Virus record (IMG/VR): IMGVR_UViG_3300029425_000240
Length of the DNA: 64,000 nucleotides
Origin: a virus
Reading direction: 5' to 3' (one strand)
Shown: positions 46,198 through 53,535 of the stretch, one piece after another
How the letters are laid out: each line of letters opens with the position of its first letter
Position numbering within the stretch: position 1 is the stretch's first letter
Translations under genes and position numbers: made by a program
Notes under the pieces: generated by a model
The model's input: the letters and a program-made list of their open reading frames with translations, nothing else
The model's database searches: none
Told to the model about the DNA's origin: nothing

Positions 46198-47034
46198 TCA
46201 TTCCGGTTCTACTCTTACGCCCTGTACTACAAATCTTGTTGAAGAATCGCCTGTACATGTTGAAAGTGTAACAATCTTATCAGTTTGTTTAAATTGATAA
46301 TCTCCTGTATTTATCAGCGATTTTGCCTTCATACTTTCACCATATTCAATAGTCTCTTTTCCCGGGCCCTTAATCAAAGTGTACGTATCGCCATCCACAT
46401 TTGCCACATACATCGCAAAAATCTTATATTTATATGCTTCTTTTGGCGTGATTACCCAGAAGTATGGACTTTTATCAATGGTCTCCTGCAGCTTATATTG
46501 TTTTAATGTTCCGAACATAGAACCATTCTTCATATTGTGCCCATAAACTATGGTATTCTGGTCGGAAAAATCTTTTGTGTTCTTGCAGTCAACAAAAATA
46601 GAACCTGCGAAAATAGATTCTTTTTTGTATGTGTGATGTAAATAAAAATCATTATCACTTCCCTGGACAATCGGGTAATTAATGTTTGGTAAAGCCTCCA
46701 TATAAAGCCAACCTGCTACATCTTGATTAATGCTCTTCAACTCATCAAAATTAATTTCCAACGGTGACGTCCAATGTTTGGTCTCATGTCCTTTTGCGTC
46801 TTTCAGTTTTTTTACATCCTCCGCGTCCGCATCTCTTTCTTTGACAACCGTGTCTGCAATTTCGTTGTACTCATCGACACCCGCTTTGTATTCCATCATG
46901 ATAGAATATAATTTATAACCAGAGACAGCGGCGACCGTAATCGCAACGACAAAAATCACAATCAAGACAACGTCGCTGGCTGTCATCTTCTTTTTTTTAT
47001 TTTTTCTGCTTTCTTTCGCTCCTATCTTTTCCAT
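46198..47034 (-). CDS. sortase (class-B-like transpeptidase)
   Basis: N-terminal TM anchor, His motif IVYGHNM, catalytic Cys in TLSTCTG, downstream Arg (STRFVVQGVR); GAGGAGG RBS. Confidence 0.75.
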   Translation of the reverse strand: MEKIGAKESRKNKKKKMTASDVVLIVIFVVAITVAAVSGYKLYSIMMEYKAGVDEYNEIADTVVKERDADAEDVKKLKDAKGHETKHWTSPLEINFDELKSINQDVAGWLYMEALPNINYPIVQGSDNDFYLHHTYKKESIFAGSIFVDCKNTKDFSDQNTIVYGHNMKNGSMFGTLKQYKLQETIDKSPYFWVITPKEAYKYKIFAMYVANVDGDTYTLIKGPGKETIEYGESMKAKSLINTGDYQFKQTDKIVTLSTCTGDSSTRFVVQGVRVEPE

Positions 47035-47100
47035 TCAGGCAGCGTCCTCCTCTCGTCTGTTTTCAGAAAAAAGCAGGCTGAATATATCAGCCCGCGCTGC

Positions 47101-48336
47101 TTATCTTCCGATAAGACTATTCAGATAATTATACAGTTCAGTGCTTGTTGCCTCGTCATAATCTTGTCCGTCTGTTGTACTAAATCCAGAACTTACAAGA
47201 TGATTGTAAGCATCAATAAACGGAATGCTCAGGTTCTGATACATGTAGGTATTAAATGTTGAAATCTTCTGGTTTGAAGTGGTGCTTTCAGCAGATACCG
47301 GTCCCACTGCTACAAAATAAACAGAGGCCCCTTTGTCCTGCCACTCTTTCGCTTTTGTATTGATGGAAGATGCGTAAGCCTGGTAGTTATCAAGGTCGTT
47401 AATGCCCATACTGATAAATATTTTTGTTCCATTTCCAATCTTTGTATCTACATCCGGGTATGCCGTGTCTGTCATCCATGAAAAATCACCAGATGCAGAG
47501 CACTCCCATAAATCAGACTGCCCGCTAGCGTAGTTTGCCATCGTTCGGAATCTCTCATCACCAAGGAAAATTACCTCTGCTGGCTCCTGTGACTGTGAGT
47601 CTGAGTCCGCAACAGTAGTATCACCGGTGTTCTCGGCTTCCGTACTGTCTGTTTCATTATTTGCATCAACAACATCCGTGTTCTCTTCTGTATTTGGTAT
47701 GTCTGTTGGTATTGGAGTGGCAGTAGGTAATGGCTTTGGCGTTGAAGTCGGCATGGCATCGTTTTCATCTGTACTGCCATCTTCATCTTCGTCAGTGGAA
47801 TCACTGTCTGCATCAGCACTGTCTGCACCGTCGTCGGTCTCCGTACTGTCGTCACCGAAGTCTTCTTCGTAGTCGCTGTCTTCACTTGCGCTGTCAGCCT
47901 CAGGCGTCGGTGTCTCTGTTACTTCGGCTGTTTGCTGCTCCTGATGCGTTCCTTCATTATTTCCTTTTAATTTCTGGTATGTACATACGCCTGCCGCTGC
48001 TACGGCCGCTGCGACAATGATTGCAATGATAATGATTTTCTTCTTTCCGCCGTTTTCTTCTTCATCGTCATCGTCGTCATAATCATAGTCATCTTCTTCC
48101 TCTTCCTCGTCATGGATTATTTCTTTTTTCTCCTTTTTGGTATTTGTCCTTTCAGTGCCCGCTGCGTTGTTAGACGTAGTCTTTCTTTCAGGTTTTTTAT
48201 TAACCCGGGTCTCTGCTTCCTCCTCTCCTTCCGGCTCTTCCGGTTCTTCATCAAGGTCGTCATTGGTTCCGCCTATCATAAAGTCCTCATCTTCATCATC
48301 TTCTTCGAGATTGTAATTCTTATCTTCGTCTTTCAT
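47101..48336 (-). CDS. acidic membrane protein with C-terminal SGNH/GDSL-hydrolase-like domain (nucleophile Ser replaced)
   Basis: Central TM (IIIIAIIVAAAVAAAGV); blocks VIFLGDERF (GDS -> GDE), GIND, DGQD resemble SGNH blocks I/III/V; AGGAGG RBS. Confidence 0.45.
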   Translation of the reverse strand: MKDEDKNYNLEEDDEDEDFMIGGTNDDLDEEPEEPEGEEEAETRVNKKPERKTTSNNAAGTERTNTKKEKKEIIHDEEEEEDDYDYDDDDDEEENGGKKKIIIIAIIVAAAVAAAGVCTYQKLKGNNEGTHQEQQTAEVTETPTPEADSASEDSDYEEDFGDDSTETDDGADSADADSDSTDEDEDGSTDENDAMPTSTPKPLPTATPIPTDIPNTEENTDVVDANNETDSTEAENTGDTTVADSDSQSQEPAEVIFLGDERFRTMANYASGQSDLWECSASGDFSWMTDTAYPDVDTKIGNGTKIFISMGINDLDNYQAYASSINTKAKEWQDKGASVYFVAVGPVSAESTTSNQKISTFNTYMYQNLSIPFIDAYNHLVSSGFSTTDGQDYDEATSTELYNYLNSLIGR

Positions 48337-48375
48337 TATTTATTTTTTCCTCCTGTTCTTTCTCTGATATCGTTT

Positions 48376-48391
48376 CGATGTATGCAAAACG
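48376..48391 (-). promoter_or_regulatory. variant box (TTTTGCATACATCG)
   Basis: 45 nt upstream of ATG 48336; abuts hairpin 48391-48422. Confidence 0.35.
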
Positions 48392-48424
48392 GCCAGCGCA
48401 ACAGAAAACTGTCGCGTTGGCCGG
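48389..48424 (-). terminator. hairpin terminator after lepB
   Basis: 14-bp stem GGCCAGCGCAACAG / CTGTCGCGTTGGCC (one mismatch, one wobble); short T-run. Confidence 0.45.
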
Positions 48425-48516
48425 AAGGAGTCCTGCATATCGACATCTTTTATTTTAGCATGCCCGTCTAGACCGGGCCCTGCCCATCAGAGAGTCGTTA
48501 CAGGGTTGTTATTTTG

Positions 48517-49089
48517 TTACTTTACCACCTTGAACCCCTTCCAATACCTGAAAGAAGCCTTGGCTACTATTTGGTCAGCGGATACATATGGATTATCCCA
48601 ATACCGTGAATCTGCGGATTCATTCCTGTTGTCTCCCAACATGAAATAGCATCCCTCAGGGACATTGAATTCCATATCGGGTTCTGTCTCCATTTTTTCA
48701 CGGATAAACGAATCATCGAGTGGAGTGGAACTGTCATTGATGTAGACCTTTCCTTTTTTGATTGTTACTTTTTCCCCTGGTAGACCGATGATTCTTTTAA
48801 TATAAATCATGCTCGGGTCATCCGGGAAATGAAACATAACAATATCAAATCTTTCCGGGTCGTGTCCAAACTTATAGGCGAGACGGTTGCCGATTACCCT
48901 ATCGCCAGTCATCAGTGTGTTTTCCATTGATTCGGATGGAATATAAGCATTCATAAGTACCTGCGTATATAATACGACCATTGCAACCATTGTCATAACG
49001 GCTATCGTCAGGTATACAACTATAGTATGCCGAATATTTTTTAAATCGTTCGTTTTTTCTTCTTCTTTTTTAACTTTATCTTCTTCCAT
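48517..49089 (-). CDS. lepB: signal peptidase I
   Basis: SESMENTL (Ser box), KRIIGLPGE, GDNRNESADSRYW motifs; N-terminal TM. Confidence 0.8.
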   Translation of the reverse strand: MEEDKVKKEEEKTNDLKNIRHTIVVYLTIAVMTMVAMVVLYTQVLMNAYIPSESMENTLMTGDRVIGNRLAYKFGHDPERFDIVMFHFPDDPSMIYIKRIIGLPGEKVTIKKGKVYINDSSTPLDDSFIREKMETEPDMEFNVPEGCYFMLGDNRNESADSRYWDNPYVSADQIVAKASFRYWKGFKVVK

Positions 49090-49107
49090 AAAATTTTCCT
49101 CGCCTTT

Positions 49108-50490
49108 CTATTCTGTTCCTTGTGCAGTCTGTCCCGTGATATTGGAATCATCGTAGACTATAATCGGCCAGTTGTCCTGAAATGTGGTGAATATTGCATT
49201 CATAGATGTCTCATCAACAGCAATGCATCCCTGTTTTACACCATTCGATGTTGCCGTTGCTGAAATATCTTCGTTTCCGGAGAAACCAGGCATCGCCGCA
49301 GTATCATCAAACTGATAAACAGCACCATCTCCGAAATACATGATATTTTTTGTACCGTCTTCTGCTGCTGCCTCTCTCAGCTTTAATCTATAGAATCCGG
49401 ATGAGATGTCTGTGCCAAGCCTTGCCTGACATTGAACCACTGGATTTCCATCTACGTATAAGACCACGCTTCCATGTGACTTATCAATTTCCAGATAAGA
49501 ATGACCGATGTCGTCTGAATTCCTGCTGACTGTACTCTGGCTGTATGTTGGATTCACAACATCAATTGTCTTATCTGTAATCATCTGTTTTAAATCCTGT
49601 GCCGTCTTTTTTATATCTATCTGCCACCCATAATCGCCTCCGGAAATGCTGGAAGTCCGATTATCATAGGTAACAAAGCTTCTTTCATTTCCAATTGTAT
49701 CATATTTTTCCGCTAATGATTTCACATACTCTTCAATCTTTTTCTGGCTCAGTTTAAAATCTTTACTGAGCATATTCTTTCTTATCGTTTCAACATCCAC
49801 AGTTTCTTTTCTATCCCCAAAGTCATATGTTATGATAACATCTTTGATTGAGTTTAAAAAGTCACACTGCTTTTGCAATTCTTTTTCATCTGTTTTTTCT
49901 GCTTCTTTGTAGCATCCTTTGTCTTCAAGGTTTACGCTCTTGTGCCATTGCCTTATGGACGTTTCTATCACCTGTTTTGCTTTCTCCCTGTCGAGTTCAG
50001 TTCCTATGACCTGCTGCGCTACCTGGTAAAACCCATCTGTGTCAACGATACGTGCGCTCTCAGGGCTCACCATATTGTGCATACATTTTAATTTCGCGAT
50101 TGCTTTTTGTATCTTTGCTGAATCTATCGCATAACTTTCCTCATCAAGATTATGTTCCTTTATTTCTGGCATAAACCATAATCTATAATCTTGATTGTTG
50201 ATGATGTCCACTAGTCCTTCTTTTCCATTGAACGTCATTCCTACATCTTTTGCAGTTAGTTTTTCGACCCCTCCATTCCTCGTATCTATGGCGATTGCGT
50301 AACTGCTGACTTCTTTTGATAACAGTGCCTCGGCCTCGTCAACCGTCTTAAACGCACAATGAAAACCGTTGATTGTAGTGCCTATTTTAAAATGTGTCTG
50401 AAAATACGCCATTCCCAGAAAATAGGATGTGCCCAGTATAATACATAGCGCGCATAACATTGTAATGATTATCTTTCTTGTTGTCTTCAT
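49108..50490 (-). CDS. membrane-anchored protein with C-terminal L,D-transpeptidase-like (YkuD-type) region
   Basis: N-terminal TM; C-terminal ...SHGSV...KQGCIAVDETS resembles the YkuD active-site region; start re-assigned to ATG 50490 after AAGGAG (track starts at 50511). Confidence 0.4.
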   Translation of the reverse strand: MKTTRKIIITMLCALCIILGTSYFLGMAYFQTHFKIGTTINGFHCAFKTVDEAEALLSKEVSSYAIAIDTRNGGVEKLTAKDVGMTFNGKEGLVDIINNQDYRLWFMPEIKEHNLDEESYAIDSAKIQKAIAKLKCMHNMVSPESARIVDTDGFYQVAQQVIGTELDREKAKQVIETSIRQWHKSVNLEDKGCYKEAEKTDEKELQKQCDFLNSIKDVIITYDFGDRKETVDVETIRKNMLSKDFKLSQKKIEEYVKSLAEKYDTIGNERSFVTYDNRTSSISGGDYGWQIDIKKTAQDLKQMITDKTIDVVNPTYSQSTVSRNSDDIGHSYLEIDKSHGSVVLYVDGNPVVQCQARLGTDISSGFYRLKLREAAAEDGTKNIMYFGDGAVYQFDDTAAMPGFSGNEDISATATSNGVKQGCIAVDETSMNAIFTTFQDNWPIIVYDDSNITGQTAQGTE

Positions 50491-50521
50491 TTTTTTTCTG
50501 CTCCTTTGCATATCGTTTTCT

Positions 50522-50537
50522 TACAGTATGCAAAAAA
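50522..50537 (-). promoter_or_regulatory. variant box (TTTTTTGCATACTGTA)
   Basis: 36 nt upstream of ATG 50490. Confidence 0.35.
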
Positions 50538-50546
50538 CAGTCTGTT

Positions 50547-51212
50547 TTATGATGCGTATTTCTTTAAAATCTCATAATATTCATTAATCTTTTCTGCCTC
50601 TTCATTGCTGCCGCCGGCATCCGGATGTGCGGTCTTCATAAACTGTCTTCTACGTTCTTTCAGTTCTTTTTCTGTAAAAGGCATCTGAAGTTTATAAAAT
50701 TCAAGTGCCATTTCATAATCGCTCTTCGTATTTGCTCTTCCAGAATAGTTATAAGAATAATCTCTCTGACCGGTTCCGGTATTGTTGTAACCATAACCGG
50801 CATTTCCGGAATTATATCCGTAACCGCTATAACCATAATATCGACCACCCTGCTGCTGATTTTGGTATCTTTGGTATCCATTTTCAGCGTTACTATATGT
50901 GTTATTGCTATCGCTATTATTGTCATGTGTATATGAATAATGGTCTTCTGCATTTGCATCGTTTCCTAATGCATACAAAATCATTCGGCAAATAAATGAA
51001 GGGATTATTATCAGAACTGAAAGGACAAGACCAAGAAGAGGATAGATAACCAATACAGAGAACAGTACGATAAAAACGTTCATGCCGTCTTTATTCACAG
51101 CAATCCAATGGCCGGTCATAATGATGCACATGACGATAGTGATAATTCGCGCAATATCCGGCGCATGATAGCCGATTACAGTGAGAATCTTTTTTAGGAT
51201 ATTTTTAGCCAT
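50547..51212 (-). CDS. membrane protein with Q/N/Y/G-rich low-complexity region and C-terminal J-domain (HPD motif)
   Basis: Two N-terminal TM helices; NNTYSNAENGYQRYQNQQQGGRYYGYSGYGYNSGNAGYGYNN; C-terminal LEFYKL...AHPDAGG...INEYYEILKK J-domain; sigmaA-like promoter upstream. Confidence 0.6.
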   Translation of the reverse strand: MAKNILKKILTVIGYHAPDIARIITIVMCIIMTGHWIAVNKDGMNVFIVLFSVLVIYPLLGLVLSVLIIIPSFICRMILYALGNDANAEDHYSYTHDNNSDSNNTYSNAENGYQRYQNQQQGGRYYGYSGYGYNSGNAGYGYNNTGTGQRDYSYNYSGRANTKSDYEMALEFYKLQMPFTEKELKERRRQFMKTAHPDAGGSNEEAEKINEYYEILKKYAS

Positions 51213-51245
51213 CTTCTTTCTCCTTTCTTTCTATTTTCTATTTAT

Positions 51246-51274
51246 ATTATACGTCATTTTTGAGATTGCTGCAA
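51246..51274 (-). promoter_or_regulatory. sigmaA-like promoter (TTGCAG-17-TATAAT) upstream of J-domain protein gene
   Basis: Near-consensus -10 TATAAT (minus strand) 17 nt after TTGCAG; ~30 nt 5' UTR; the conserved element box is absent here. Confidence 0.45.
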
Positions 51275-51343
51275 ATTTTTGCGGGTTAAAAGAAAAAATT
51301 ACCTAACTCACGATTAAAGTCACGAGAATGCGGAGGCTAATTT

Positions 51344-51378
51344 TTCAAAATGTCTACACGATGTGTAGACATTTTGAA
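51344..51378. promoter_or_regulatory. perfect 35-bp palindrome TTCAAAATGTCTACAC-GAT-GTGTAGACATTTTGAA (candidate operator)
   Basis: 16-bp perfect arms, 3-bp centre, ~70 bp upstream of the sigmaA-like -35; dimeric-regulator-site geometry. Confidence 0.45.
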
Positions 51379-51461
51379 CAGACTAAAACCGTGAACACCC
51401 CTCCCGACTACGTTACAAGAAATGGTAGCTTTGTCGGATGAGGTGTTCTGCGCTAAAGTTA

Positions 51462-51502
51462 AATAAAAAAAACAGGCTCGTTGATTGAGCCTGCCTTTTA
51501 TT
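51462..51502 (-). terminator. rho-independent terminator after pilin-like gene
   Basis: CAGGCTCG-TTGATT-GAGCCTG stem, A8 before and T-run after. Confidence 0.65.
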
Positions 51503-51508
51503 TAATCA

Positions 51509-51883
51509 TCATGATGTTCCATCAAGTCTAGTATCGTTAATCTTGGTAGTATCAATCACTGTGCTATCAAGTCCAAGATTTTTAACAACAGCCGCTACTC
51601 CCATAAGTGCAATTCCACAAACTGCTGTTTGTACCGCATCAGCTTTAGAATCCGCATCCGAACGTTTTGTGGCAAGGATAAACTGAATAACAGCCCAGAC
51701 AAAAATTGCAGCGCCTACAAATTTAAACATGGAACACATTAAGCTAATTAAGTTTGACATAACAGTCTTTGCTGTCACTGCTGCAAATGCCGGCACAATA
51801 AACATCATGCTTCCCAGCACCATTATCGCCAGGCACCATGCCACCTTCTTATAGTCAATCTTTCTTTTTGCTTTATTTTGCAT
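51509..51883 (-). CDS. small three-helix membrane protein (124 aa), possibly VirB2/TrbC-like pilin
   Basis: Signal-like TM1 plus two further hydrophobic helices; size and topology fit conjugative pilins (weak inference); CAGGAGG RBS; own terminator. Confidence 0.4.
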   Translation of the reverse strand: MQNKAKRKIDYKKVAWCLAIMVLGSMMFIVPAFAAVTAKTVMSNLISLMCSMFKFVGAAIFVWAVIQFILATKRSDADSKADAVQTAVCGIALMGVAAVVKNLGLDSTVIDTTKINDTRLDGTS

Positions 51884-52042
51884 TGGCCTTTCCTCCTGTT
51901 AGATTTTTTTGCGCTTTCTTTTGCGCATCTATATATTTATTTTGCAAAATCCAGGTGCTTTTAAAAATCGGGCCGGAGGATTACCAATTGAGGCAAAGCC
52001 CTGTTTTTTATCCCGCTTTTTTGCATCTCTTTTGCATCCATA

Positions 52043-52058
52043 TACAATATGAAAAATA
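52043..52058 (-). promoter_or_regulatory. variant box (TTTTTCATATTGTA) with GTGTTACA 17 nt further upstream
   Basis: ~165 nt upstream of ATG 51883; the 45-nt context is near-identical to box 46094-46140. Confidence 0.4.
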
Positions 52059-52109
52059 AAAAAATTTTTGTAACACTTTTTTGACCAACTTTTGAAAAAA
52101 AATTTTTTC

Positions 52110-52838
52110 TTATTTTTCTAGCTGAATCTGAGCGAATGTTTCTCCAATTGGCTCACGGATAACCAAATCTGCATGCATATCACGCGGTGACGGGGTTTTG
52201 TTAATCACCACCAGATGATTACCGTAAAAATAGTCAATCAAACTGGCGGCAGGCCAAACAGAAAGTGATGTTCCTCCAATGATTAGCACTTGCGCTTCAC
52301 GGAGTGCCCTTGCAGCCTTGGCCATAATACCGTCATTGAGATTTTCTCCATATAGTACTACATCAGGTTTAACGATTCCGCCGCATTCACAATGCGGTAC
52401 TCCATCAGAATCCTTAATGTAATCAAGGCCGTATGCCTTTCCGCATTTCGTACAATGGTTGCGGTATACGCTTCCATGCAGTTCCAGTACATTTTTACTT
52501 CCGGCCATCTGATGCAGATTGTCAATGTTCTGCGTAATAATAGCCTTAACTTTTCCAGCTTCTTCCAGCTCAGCTAATTTTAAATGTGCAGCATTTGGCT
52601 TTGCTGCATCGCATAACATTTTATCACGGTAAAATTTAAAAAATTCTTCCGGGAATTTTTTAAAGAACTGTTTGCTTAAGATTGTCTCTGGTGAATATTC
52701 GTATTCCATATTATACAGCCCGTTTTGGCTTCTGAAATCCGGGATGCCGCTTTCTGTTGAGACCCCTGCGCCTCCAAAAAATACAATGTTATCGTGGTTA
52801 TCGATTAGTTCCTGCAACTTCTCTACTTCTTTCGTCAT
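52110..52838 (-). CDS. Sir2-family NAD-dependent protein deacylase (sirtuin)
   Basis: GAGVSTESGIPDFR Rossmann motif, Zn ribbon CTKCGK...CECGG; start re-assigned to ATG 52838 (MTKEVEKL) after GAAGGAGG. Confidence 0.8.
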   Translation of the reverse strand: MTKEVEKLQELIDNHDNIVFFGGAGVSTESGIPDFRSQNGLYNMEYEYSPETILSKQFFKKFPEEFFKFYRDKMLCDAAKPNAAHLKLAELEEAGKVKAIITQNIDNLHQMAGSKNVLELHGSVYRNHCTKCGKAYGLDYIKDSDGVPHCECGGIVKPDVVLYGENLNDGIMAKAARALREAQVLIIGGTSLSVWPAASLIDYFYGNHLVVINKTPSPRDMHADLVIREPIGETFAQIQLEK

Positions 52839-52864
52839 TTCTTTTCCTCCTTCTTTTTTATATT

Positions 52865-52880
52865 TACAATATGCAGAATT
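52865..52880 (-). promoter_or_regulatory. conserved upstream box (TTCTGCATATTGTA), sirtuin gene
   Basis: 31 nt upstream of ATG 52838. Confidence 0.5.
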
Positions 52881-52932
52881 TCTTTCCTGAAATACGCACA
52901 ATTTTCTCTGTATGCAAAATAAGAGGCAGCCG

Positions 52933-53535
52933 CTATTCTTCGGCTGCCTCTTCACTCTTTTCTTTTTTCTGCTCTTCTTTCTTGCTTAAAAGACTGTATA
53001 TATTTTTATTTCTATCCAGTGCTATCAGGATAAATGCTGTATCTGTGTCGTTTTTGTACATCTTTGCCATTTTTCTATTGAGTGTAAATTCCTGATAATA
53101 CACATTTTCCTGTTCATCCTGAATCTTTACAGTTAGTTTGCCAAAATTTGTTCCATAGCCCGGCATCACATGATGCACTTTAACATCTCTTATCGTGTAC
53201 TTTCTTTCTTTGACTATCTTGTCAAGTTTTTTATCCACAACAGCAAAGCGGTATGTATTTACAATAACAATCATGACAAACACAGCAAGAGTGATAAAGA
53301 AATAAATGGTTATTTCTGATTTCGATTTTACATGGATATAAATATATACGATAATAAATGCAATCCCAATTATTGACCATAGAACAGATGCCAAAAGCTC
53401 CCTGCTTATTTTTTTATGCATTATATCTTCTATATATTCATGCTCTTCGTCATCTGGTGGATGAAGGCCAGCCACTTTGCTGATTGGCAGTTCACCCCTG
53501 CCGGTCATTCTGTTAAAAAAATTATCTTTCTGCAA
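52933..53535 (-). CDS. hypothetical membrane protein (200 aa) downstream of ftsH
   Basis: TTG start after GGGGAGGAAATTAG; two TM helices; K/E-rich C-terminus. Confidence 0.45.
   Translation of the reverse strand: MQKDNFFNRMTGRGELPISKVAGLHPPDDEEHEYIEDIMHKKISRELLASVLWSIIGIAFIIVYIYIHVKSKSEITIYFFITLAVFVMIVIVNTYRFAVVDKKLDKIVKERKYTIRDVKVHHVMPGYGTNFGKLTVKIQDEQENVYYQEFTLNRKMAKMYKNDTDTAFILIALDRNKNIYSLLSKKEEQKKEKSEEAAEE

Noticed and set aside
52110-52838. Sir2 protein as part of an anti-phage defence system (Thoeris/DSR-like)
   Set aside because: It is a compact canonical sirtuin with zinc ribbon and no fused effector, SLOG, TIR or HerA partner; the neighbours are FtsH and a membrane protein. It is more likely a CobB-type deacylase.
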